DNA from: an uncultured Pseudomonadota bacterium
GTDB lineage: Bacteria > Pseudomonadota > Gammaproteobacteria > Steroidobacterales > Steroidobacteraceae
Assembly: GCA_903908825.1 (NCBI GenBank)
Contig: CAIVTJ010000045.1
Coordinates: 1 to 51,806 of the forward strand
Length of the DNA stretch: 51,806 nucleotides
Direction of reading: 5' to 3'
The notes below the pieces were generated by a model. The model was not told where the DNA came from. It searched no databases and saw only the letters and a list, made by a program, of their open reading frames with translations. The number at the start of each line of letters is the position of its first letter. Positions within the stretch are counted from its first letter, which is position 1. This document shows positions 40,401-47,477 of the stretch, piece after piece. Position numbers and translations under genes: made by a program.

Positions 40401-40452
40401 ACAAGGCCAGCGCGCAGCAGCGTAGTGCCAGTGTTTTAAAACTCATGCTCAC
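37435..40452 (-). CDS. Secreted multidomain protein: three NTF2/SnoaL-like modules plus a C-terminal alpha/beta hydrolase (esterase/lipase-type)
   Basis: Sec signal. Three repeats with L(Q/E)..YGYY(V/L)D...W.D.A.LF and GVW(K/R)(I/F) motifs, each followed by a P(F/Y)HY.NP linker. C-terminal HGGGF oxyanion motif (38059-38073) and GHSAGG nucleophile elbow (37828-37845). Confidence 0.85.
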   Translation of the reverse strand: MSMSFKTLALRCCALALLSAWTSGQAASVPAVSPLAERTALLAAQVQAGEDLQAVKRLQRTYGYYVDKGLWADVAELFTDDAYANYPAGVFIGKASIREHLFRNVGNVPMGQVGLGDNRLYNHMNIQPVVHLDPGGQSAKGRWRVLAYFGGVGNGANWAEGVYEMNYVRRDGVWKIARLDYHTGFSAPYAGGWVAPPATATRVRQPLAHPADVERKMDCEGFPAACLAPFHYSNPGATLSGGQAWDASQLQVLPVEGDLHQTAADLLRRAQRLRDEQDIENLQRIYGYYLDRAQWDQIADLFASKGTLEFAQQGVYVGKTRVRAFLGTLGPHGLVPGWLNDHLQLQTVVTVAPDGKTARARSRELSMTGTYGKSGQWSEGIYENAYVNEGGVWKFQSVHYYPTFISDYDQGWAKDAQAAPGVLAALPPDRPPTQVYAIYPKAHVPPYHYRNPVTGAPAVYPQVGGPGAAIAAATLFTPAAVKAKAVTDVAAAVTQAESLVARAKDFHELENLESAYGYYLDKNLWTDLANLFAAEGSIELAQRGVYKGARLRDFLIKVFGRGEEGPVVGRLGNHIQMQPVIHVAADGNSAKIRLRMLQQMNLGNRASMGASVYENEAIKENGVWRFSVVHTYNTWSANYEGGWAKGSSRGMPGISPEFPPDSPPTLPIAMFPVVYEIPYHYANPVSGRTQLPSLQPLAAQMASYPIPPAFAVPAARAQATGGMPASIAAALREIGPRIDGAKTTPLYAPLQAREPYAGVTVQRDAAYGPHERHRVNVFTGNDGKRGKPVLVFVHGGGFRGGAKSAPDSPFYDNIGVWAAGQGLVGITINYRLAPQFQYPAGIEDLTRLVAWLKAHAADYGGDPQQIILWGHSAGGAHVADYLAHTTQPGVAGAVLMSGIYTLGNTVSVWKDYYGEDVSQYAARESLQLLARSPVPLLITHAELDPESFISDAAALVRARAATGLPYQQFRAAGHSHISESYSVGSGDQTVTTPIIEFVRSLKTTR
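38383..40311 (-). repeat. Three tandem, diverged coding repeats (periods 672 and 690 bp) inside the 1005-aa gene
   Basis: The 12-mer GTAATAGCCGTA (plus strand, encoding YGYY on the minus strand) recurs at 38896, 39586 and 40258. The protein modules are about 224-230 aa apart. Confidence 0.85.
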
Positions 40453-40733
40453 TCCGGGATCCAGTGGCGATCGGCAGGCGCAGCGTTGGCCTTTAAGGCC
40501 TGAGCCTGCGGCACACCGCTGTCAATGTGGAACGCATAGGGGGGATAGGCCAGACACATGTCATCCACATGCCAGTCACCGCACGGATCTAGAGGCACGC
40601 AAACCTGAGTCAGTGGCGCGGCTTGCAACAAGGAGGCTGGCAACAGGCCTGCAACCAGACCGCCACCGACAGTCACCGTGATGCCGCCCAGAAACTGACG
40701 ACGTTGCAGGCAGGCTGACGCTAAGTCAGACAT
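40449..40733 (-). CDS. Tiny Tat-signal protein (about 94 aa precursor), function unknown
   Basis: MSDLASACLQRRQFLGGITVTVGG... is a twin-arginine motif plus h-region. AAGGAG lies 5 nt upstream of ATG 40733. Its stop overlaps the start of the 1005-aa gene (ATGA at 40449-40452). Confidence 0.65.
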   Translation of the reverse strand: MSDLASACLQRRQFLGGITVTVGGGLVAGLLPASLLQAAPLTQVCVPLDPCGDWHVDDMCLAYPPYAFHIDSGVPQAQALKANAAPADRHWIPE

Positions 40734-40742
40734 CACAGCTCC

Positions 40743-42176
40743 TTACACCTTGAACGGCGGCAGTTCGTTGGCACCGAACCAATTGGTGTGCGTGCCACCG
40801 CGCAGACGGAATGGCAGCTTGACCGTGGCCACAGCGCCTTCTTCCATGCGCTGCGCATCGACGATGACCAGATCACTGGACATCGACTCGTAGTTGCTGG
40901 CGATACCCAGCAGATAACCATCGCCCTCGCCTTTACTGCCCTTGCGCGGCACAAAGCAGCTCTCCTGCAGGCTCTGCACCGGGCCGACAAAATAGTTGCT
41001 GATCGCACCTGTGGTGACATCGACCCGCTGGTATTGGTTGGTCACGAAACCACCCATGCCGCCGGCGCGCGTCTTGTCGAAGGGCAGGTTCGGATCACGG
41101 TTGCCCACATAGCAATACTTGTAAGGCAGCGACAGATAGCGATCGTCCATACGCGCCAACACACCGTTGGACACCGACACCAGTTCTTCGTCGAAGGTGT
41201 CTTTTTTGGACTTCATGTTCATCGTCCAGCGCCGGATCTGCGATGGATCACGCTCACCGCTGGAGGTGGGCAGTTCCATGGTGATGCGGCCGTCCGGATG
41301 ATCTTGCGCATTGAGAAAGTGCAGCGTGTTGCGCGCCGGCCCTTTGAACCAACGCACGTCCTTGCCGCTGCCATCACGAGGCACCACAGCAAGCATCGTC
41401 GGCTTGCTGCCATCCCACTCCCACATCGGCTCGCCCGATTTCAGGCGCTCCAGGCTGGTGACACGCGGGATCAGCGGAATGATCACGTATTTCTGCGTGA
41501 TGGCGCAGTCATGCATGATGCCGACGTAAGGGGCCTTGAACCAGATGTCGTGCACGATCTGGCCCGACTTATCGATGATGTAAACAGCAATGTCGTCGGT
41601 CAGATCACCCTTGGCCTGATACCCATAGGCGATCATCTGGCCGTTGACTGGATCGATCTTCGGATGCGCCGAGAACGTCGTGGCGGTGTACTTACCGTTG
41701 AAGTTCCAGATGCCCTGAGTCTCTAGCGTGTGCGGATTGATGGTCCACGGCAATGAATCTTCTTTGAGCACCAGCATCTTGCCGCCGTGCCAATACAGAT
41801 GCGTATTGGCCGCCGAGCGATCGAGCTTGGCCACGCTGGGGTCATCGGTGTAGCGGTTGCGGTAAACGCCATATAAGCGCCGATGCGCATCGCGCTCGGC
41901 CTGCAAGCGCTGCGTCTGCACGTAGCGGCTGCGATAGTTGACGTTACCGTCCTTGAAGTAGAAACGGCTGACGTGACCGTCACCGTTAAAGCCTGTGGGC
42001 CATTCGTTCTGCGGCGGCCGGTACTGAAAGTCGCACTGGATGCGGTAGAACGAACCGTCGATATCCGCGGGCACTTTGCCCCAGACCTCACAGTCATAAA
42101 CATCGGCCTCAAAGCGCGTCGGCGCATTGAAGCCGGTGGCCGGGAACATCGGATGACCGCGGAAATCGACTGCCAT
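40743..42176 (-). CDS. Carotenoid-cleavage-oxygenase family protein, lignostilbene-alpha,beta-dioxygenase-like
   Basis: 477 aa, no signal peptide. Four candidate iron-ligand His contexts (SAHPKIDP, IMHDCAIT, LHFLNA, GGTHTNW). FNGDGHV, YRNRYTDD, AANTHLYWH and KEDSLP resemble LSD-type enzymes as I remember them. Confidence 0.9.
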   Translation of the reverse strand: MAVDFRGHPMFPATGFNAPTRFEADVYDCEVWGKVPADIDGSFYRIQCDFQYRPPQNEWPTGFNGDGHVSRFYFKDGNVNYRSRYVQTQRLQAERDAHRRLYGVYRNRYTDDPSVAKLDRSAANTHLYWHGGKMLVLKEDSLPWTINPHTLETQGIWNFNGKYTATTFSAHPKIDPVNGQMIAYGYQAKGDLTDDIAVYIIDKSGQIVHDIWFKAPYVGIMHDCAITQKYVIIPLIPRVTSLERLKSGEPMWEWDGSKPTMLAVVPRDGSGKDVRWFKGPARNTLHFLNAQDHPDGRITMELPTSSGERDPSQIRRWTMNMKSKKDTFDEELVSVSNGVLARMDDRYLSLPYKYCYVGNRDPNLPFDKTRAGGMGGFVTNQYQRVDVTTGAISNYFVGPVQSLQESCFVPRKGSKGEGDGYLLGIASNYESMSSDLVIVDAQRMEEGAVATVKLPFRLRGGTHTNWFGANELPPFKV

Positions 42177-42186
42177 GGGAGACTCC

Positions 42187-44766
42187 TTAGAAGTTCTTCT
42201 TCACCGTCAGGGCCCACTCACGCGGACGCCCTGCAGTGCCTACGCGCGCATAAGTCGGGTAGCCGTCGAGGGCCCCGCCGCGGATGGTCTCGCTGCCCAA
42301 CTGCTGCCAATAGAACTTATCGAACAGGTTATTGGCCGACAGCGCCACCTGCCAACTGCCGCCGGCCGGCTCAAAGGTCAGGCGTGCGTTGACCAAGCCA
42401 TACGACGGCACGATGTCCTGCGGATCACGCTGCGGCAACGCTGCGTTACCGTTGGTGCGATAGCCCTGATAGCTGTAATCGACGCGCGGCGTCAGCTTGG
42501 CGCCACTCTCGAACAGCACCTGATACTGGGCACCGACACTGCCGTTGATCTTGGGCTGGATCAACGCTGACGAGTCACGATAGCTGAGGGTTCCCGGTGC
42601 CGCGTCACCACTAAAGGTGATGTAGCCGAAGGACGCGTTGAGCATCAACCCCTGCATCGGGAAGGCCGTGATTTCGGTTTCGAAACCACGCGTCTTACCA
42701 GGCTCGTTCAAGTACAGGAACCAGCTGGTACCGGCCAGACCGGCCCGCTCAGTGCCTGCCGGGCATGGCGCGCCGTTGAGGAAGTAGGGCTGGCCCGGGT
42801 CCGGGTTGGAACTGAGCGTGCACTGACTGGCCGTGCGGTTGACCAAGCGGCTCTTCCAGTCCATGTAGAACAAGGCTGAATTGATGCGTAGCTTTTTGTC
42901 GAACAGCTCGACCTTGCCGCCGAACTCATAGTTGATCACTTCCTCACCCGGCAGGCCTTGCACCTGGCCGATGGTGAATACGCGCGGCGTCACACCAGCC
43001 GAGGTAAAGCCGGTGGCCACCGACGTATACAGAAAGATGTTGTCCGTAGCCTGATAGTCCAGACCGACCTTGTAGTCAGGACGGCTGCCGCCGTAGTGCA
43101 GCGGAGATGGCAGCACCACCAGACCGTAGTGACGGAAATCATTGATCTTGCTTTCGTCGGTGTAACGCAAACCACCGGACAGGGCCAGCTTGTCCGTGAA
43201 CTTATAGCTGCCGTGCACAAAGGCCGAGGTGTTCTGCGATGAGAAGGTGTCATCCGCGACGAACTGCAGACCGAAGGTCACGAAGTTGGCGGTGTTATAG
43301 GCACGACTGTTGGACTTGTAATAAAACGCGCCCACGGTCCAGTCGAACTTGTCGGACAACAGCGTGCCGTCGATGCGCGCCTCAGCCTGGTACTGCGAAT
43401 GCTGCTGCAGGTAGTTGGTCTGCGTCAGCTCAAACGGCATCTCGTCGCTATCGTTGATCCAGGTGGTGTTATAGGTGCGATAGGCCGTCAACACGGTCAG
43501 CTTGGTCTTTTCGGCCAGTTCCTGATCCAGAGACAGCGAAGCACCCCAAGCCTTCAGGTGGGTGTAGCGGTCGTAGCTCACACCACTGGTGATGTCACCA
43601 TAGGTCGAGTAGTTGGTGTACGGGTTACCCGTTACGAAACGGTTCTGCGTCTGATAGTTGATACCGTACTTTTTGTAGATGGTCAGCGGATAGCCTGACG
43701 TGGGGACGTCGAGCGGTGCCCAAACCGTGGCTGTGGCACGACCGTCTGCATCACCGCGTGAGCTGAGCAGTGTCTCAACCGGCGGCTCGGACAGCTGGGC
43801 CGAATAGTCCATCGAGAAGTTGATCTCGGTCCCCGAGGCCGGCAGGAACCGCAGCATGGCGCGCACGGCCTGCGACTCTGAACCGCCCAGCGAGCCCAGC
43901 GCGCAGCCGTTGCCCTGACGCGGATCAATGGTCATGGGCATGGCAAACGAATTGTCAGCAGCGCTGCCGGCAGTGACCGGAGTAGGCAGACCACCGACGA
44001 CCGTCGGCGCCGCCAAGCCATCGCCGATACCGGCCAGCGTGGGCGTGCCGCGACGGATCATCTCGCAGGTGAAGTCCAGATTTTTGCCATAGCCGTCCTG
44101 ACGACGTGACACACCGGTCACGCGCGCGAACAGCGTATCGGGCACCAAGGAGAAGTCGGCAACAGCCTTCAGATCAACGCGCTGGCGCGCGCCGTAAGTG
44201 GCTTCGATATAGCCCTTGTCGTCGCCCTGCGGCTTCTTCGAGATCAGACGGATCGCACCGCCCATGCTGTTCTTGCCAAACAAGGTGCCCTGCGGACCGC
44301 GCAGCACCTCGACGCGCTCGAGGTCCATCAGGTCCATGGACGAGCCAGTGAGACTGCCGTGGTACACATCGTCGATATAAATACCCACAGCCGGCTCGAA
44401 GGCATAGTTGAAATCGACTTGGATCAGGCCGCGCAGACCGATGGTGGTGGTAGGGCCGTAGTTGCTGACCGGCTGACGGAAATACGCGTTGGGGATGACG
44501 CTGCCGATATCATCGAGGCTTTTGAAGCTGCGCTGCTCGAGGGCTTCGGCGCTCAGCGCCGTCAGCGTCAGCGGCGTGGACTGCAGGTTTTCTTCTTTGA
44601 AGCGCGCGGTAACCACGATCTCTTGCAGATCGTCGGCGTTGGCCTTGTCAGCAGCTTGGCTGGCTGTGGCAGAAAAGCTCAGCGCAGCGGCAACAGCCAA
44701 GGCGACAGCGCTACGGGCGGCAATACGGCAGTCAGACCGGCGTACCGGCAGTCGGATAGTCTTCAT
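42187..44766 (-). CDS. TonB-dependent receptor
   Basis: 859 aa. Signal peptide, TonB box-like LQEIVVTARF, plug motifs (IGLRG, VEVLRGPQGTLFGKNSMGGAI), a long beta-barrel and a C-terminal ...ALTVKKNF. Confidence 0.95.
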   Translation of the reverse strand: MKTIRLPVRRSDCRIAARSAVALAVAAALSFSATASQAADKANADDLQEIVVTARFKEENLQSTPLTLTALSAEALEQRSFKSLDDIGSVIPNAYFRQPVSNYGPTTTIGLRGLIQVDFNYAFEPAVGIYIDDVYHGSLTGSSMDLMDLERVEVLRGPQGTLFGKNSMGGAIRLISKKPQGDDKGYIEATYGARQRVDLKAVADFSLVPDTLFARVTGVSRRQDGYGKNLDFTCEMIRRGTPTLAGIGDGLAAPTVVGGLPTPVTAGSAADNSFAMPMTIDPRQGNGCALGSLGGSESQAVRAMLRFLPASGTEINFSMDYSAQLSEPPVETLLSSRGDADGRATATVWAPLDVPTSGYPLTIYKKYGINYQTQNRFVTGNPYTNYSTYGDITSGVSYDRYTHLKAWGASLSLDQELAEKTKLTVLTAYRTYNTTWINDSDEMPFELTQTNYLQQHSQYQAEARIDGTLLSDKFDWTVGAFYYKSNSRAYNTANFVTFGLQFVADDTFSSQNTSAFVHGSYKFTDKLALSGGLRYTDESKINDFRHYGLVVLPSPLHYGGSRPDYKVGLDYQATDNIFLYTSVATGFTSAGVTPRVFTIGQVQGLPGEEVINYEFGGKVELFDKKLRINSALFYMDWKSRLVNRTASQCTLSSNPDPGQPYFLNGAPCPAGTERAGLAGTSWFLYLNEPGKTRGFETEITAFPMQGLMLNASFGYITFSGDAAPGTLSYRDSSALIQPKINGSVGAQYQVLFESGAKLTPRVDYSYQGYRTNGNAALPQRDPQDIVPSYGLVNARLTFEPAGGSWQVALSANNLFDKFYWQQLGSETIRGGALDGYPTYARVGTAGRPREWALTVKKNF

Positions 44767-44913
44767 GTAAATCCCCTCATTCTCGTTGTGCCGGCTTTTG
44801 CCGGTCCATAGGGCGAGTGCATTGCCCGCCTGTGCGTACTTTGCTCTCGCAGCCTGACAGCGGCAAGCCTAGATTTCATTGAAACTGCAACGACTCAGGG
44901 CTGACGCCGCACC

Positions 44914-46998
44914 TCAGGGCTTGTGCGGCACCAGGCGTTGCAAAATATAGGCGCTGATGTCGGCAATCTGCTCCGGCGTGTAGATATCGCGGAACACCGG
45001 CATATTGTTGCGGCCCTGACTTGTGACCAAAGCGATCTGGGCGGTGTCCAGGTTACCGCCCACCAGCGTAGGTCCGCCGCCGTGCCCGCCACTACCGGAT
45101 TCGCCATGGCAGGCCACGCAAGCTGCCTGATACAGCGCCTGACCCTGCTCTGCCACACCAGCCCGTGACGCCACCGCGACCGCAGCAGCGCGCTGGGGCC
45201 CGGCTAAAGATGCGACCGGAACAGGACCGATCTTGCCATCTAGCGCAAACATCCAGATGCCATCGCCGCGTTTGCCATTGGCAAAGGCTCCGCCACCGGC
45301 ATGCACAACCACATATTGCTTGCCCTTGTGCTCAAAGGTCGTGACCGTGGTGTTGACGCCGGCATCGGTCTGGAACTCCCACAGCTTGGCGCCGGTGGTT
45401 TTATCGAGTGCAGTCAGCCGGCCATCGGCACGGCCGACAAACAACAGACCACCGCCCGTGACCACTGCACCGCTGTAGCAGATCTCGCGCCACTGCTGGC
45501 GCCACACCAAGCGATTGGTGCGCACGTCCAGCGCAGCCAGCACGCCACCATCATGAACCTGCGACTGCGTGAAGTTGCCGCCCATGTAAACCTTGTTGGG
45601 CCCGGGTGTTTCCAGCGGCAATCGCACCACGAAATTGCTGATACGATCGGATGCACACACATACAGCAGGTGACTGGACGGGTCATAAGCACTGGGCGGC
45701 CAGTTCGCACCACCCATGGTGCCGGGCTTCATCATCGTCGGCTCGTTCCAGAACGGCGTGAAGATGCGCCCGCCATTAGGAATCTCGCTGCTCCCGGGCA
45801 ACCGCCTCGCGTCCTCGGGGACGATGTCGATCTGCTGCGGCACGATGGCATCGCCCACCGGATAAGGCTGCGTAGCCGCCGTCTGCTGGCGCGGCTCTTG
45901 CGGCACAGGCTTTTCGGTGATGCCCAGCAACGGCTTGCCGGTCACGCGGTCAAGGATGTAGGCCCAACCGGTCTTGCCCACCTGCACCAGGGCTTTGCGC
46001 GTCTTGCCCTTGTAAGGCGCGTCGAATAACACCACCGGGTTGGGTGCGTCATAGTCCCAGATGTCGTGGTGCACTTCCTGAAAGTGCCAGCGGTAGCTGC
46101 CGGTGCGCACATCCAGCGCAACGATGGAATTGGCGAACAGGTTGTCGCCCTTGCGAACACTGCCGTTGAGATCGGGCCCGGGATTGGCCGTCGAGAAATA
46201 GATGAGACCCAACTCAGGGTCTATGGCCGGTGTCTGCCAGATCGACGCGCCGCCGCGTTGCCACGCATCACTGTCGGCAGGCCAGGTCTCGTGACCTTTC
46301 TCTCCCGGACCGGGCACGGTGTAGAACGTCCAAGTCAGCTTGCCGGTCTTGGCATCAAACGCGCGCAGTTTGCCGCGTGTGCCCATCTCGCCACCGTTTA
46401 CACCGGTGATGACCAGGCCATCAAAATACAGCGGAGCTGCCGTGATGGCGTAACCGTCTTCCCAGCGCTCGACCTGTGAGGTCCACACCACTGCGCCGCT
46501 ACGCTGATCCAGCGCCGTCAACTTGGCATCGGCCTGCGTGACAAACACTTTGCCATCGCCCAGAGCCACACCACGATTAGCCCGGCCTATGGGACTACCG
46601 GCATGCAGATCTGGATTGCCGTGGTAGGTCCACAGGATGTTGCCGGTCTCCACCTGCAGGGCGAACACATCGTTGGCGCCATTGCTGACGTAGAGCACCC
46701 CTTCATAGGAGAGGATTTGCGCTTGACCAGCATGACCCGGCGTGGTGCCGCTGTTCATACTGGTGCGCCACAGGGCGCGCAGACCTGCGACGTTATCGCG
46801 GTTCAGTGTCGACAGCGGGGAATAACGCTGGTTGTACAGCGTGCCGCCGTTGGTGATCCAGGCCGTGGTCGGCGGCGCCAGCAACTGGGCGGCAGAGAAT
46901 GCAGGTGCCGATGCTGGCGACTGGGCCAGCGAAGCTGAACTGGCCGTTAGCAGCAAGACCGCAGCCCAATGTGACAGTTGTGACGTCATCCGTGTCAT
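44914..46998 (-). CDS. PQQ-dependent quinohemoprotein dehydrogenase (alcohol-dehydrogenase family with C-terminal cytochrome c domain)
   Basis: ATG 46998 preceded by GGGGGAAG. Signal peptide. Eight-bladed propeller W-motifs (e.g. G..LW, G..VW). WDYD active-site segment. C-terminal CVACHG heme c motif. Confidence 0.9.
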   Translation of the reverse strand: MTRMTSQLSHWAAVLLLTASSASLAQSPASAPAFSAAQLLAPPTTAWITNGGTLYNQRYSPLSTLNRDNVAGLRALWRTSMNSGTTPGHAGQAQILSYEGVLYVSNGANDVFALQVETGNILWTYHGNPDLHAGSPIGRANRGVALGDGKVFVTQADAKLTALDQRSGAVVWTSQVERWEDGYAITAAPLYFDGLVITGVNGGEMGTRGKLRAFDAKTGKLTWTFYTVPGPGEKGHETWPADSDAWQRGGASIWQTPAIDPELGLIYFSTANPGPDLNGSVRKGDNLFANSIVALDVRTGSYRWHFQEVHHDIWDYDAPNPVVLFDAPYKGKTRKALVQVGKTGWAYILDRVTGKPLLGITEKPVPQEPRQQTAATQPYPVGDAIVPQQIDIVPEDARRLPGSSEIPNGGRIFTPFWNEPTMMKPGTMGGANWPPSAYDPSSHLLYVCASDRISNFVVRLPLETPGPNKVYMGGNFTQSQVHDGGVLAALDVRTNRLVWRQQWREICYSGAVVTGGGLLFVGRADGRLTALDKTTGAKLWEFQTDAGVNTTVTTFEHKGKQYVVVHAGGGAFANGKRGDGIWMFALDGKIGPVPVASLAGPQRAAAVAVASRAGVAEQGQALYQAACVACHGESGSGGHGGGPTLVGGNLDTAQIALVTSQGRNNMPVFRDIYTPEQIADISAYILQRLVPHKP

Positions 46999-47066
46999 GT
47001 CTTCCCCCAGACAATTTCTTATATGCGGCATTATGCGCTTACTCAATTGCCGATAAAGAAGCGCTC

Positions 47067-47477
47067 ATGGCACTGCGTACTCTGGAACACTTTTTGGTGT
47101 TGAGCCATCAGCCCGAAGCAACACGCAATTTTTACCGGGATGCACTAGGCCTGGTCGAAGGTGACAGACCCGATCTGGGCTTTCCTGGCTATTGGCTATA
47201 CCTAGGCTCAGTGGCCTGCATCCACATTGCTGAGTGGCACAGTTACACCGCGCACAGCCAAAGCATCGGCATACCCGTCAGCACACCGGCGGCCGGCACA
47301 GGCGGGCTGGATCATCTGGCTTTTCAGGCCGGCAATTACGAGGCGTTTGTGGCCAACCTGAGCCGCCATGGCATTGCGGCACACCGGCACGACACACCGG
47401 CCATAGGCCTGCGTCAGTTATTTTTGTTTGACCCCAACGGCATCAAGTTGGAGATCAACTTCCAGCAGGGCCACTGA
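47067..47477 (+). CDS. VOC-family protein (glyoxalase / extradiol dioxygenase fold)
   Basis: 136 aa with LEHFLVLSH...FYRDALGL and LDHLAF...FLFDPNGIKLEI motifs typical of the VOC fold. Confidence 0.75.
   Translation: MALRTLEHFLVLSHQPEATRNFYRDALGLVEGDRPDLGFPGYWLYLGSVACIHIAEWHSYTAHSQSIGIPVSTPAAGTGGLDHLAFQAGNYEAFVANLSRHGIAAHRHDTPAIGLRQLFLFDPNGIKLEINFQQGH

Noticed and set aside
44767-44913. Riboswitch or regulatory RNA upstream of the TonB-dependent receptor (for example cobalamin), and the direct repeat CTCAGGGCT at 44893 and 44913.
   Set aside because: I saw no conserved riboswitch core elements (no B12-box-like sequence). Only short 4-5 bp stems are present. The 9-nt direct repeat is short enough to arise by chance in GC-rich DNA.
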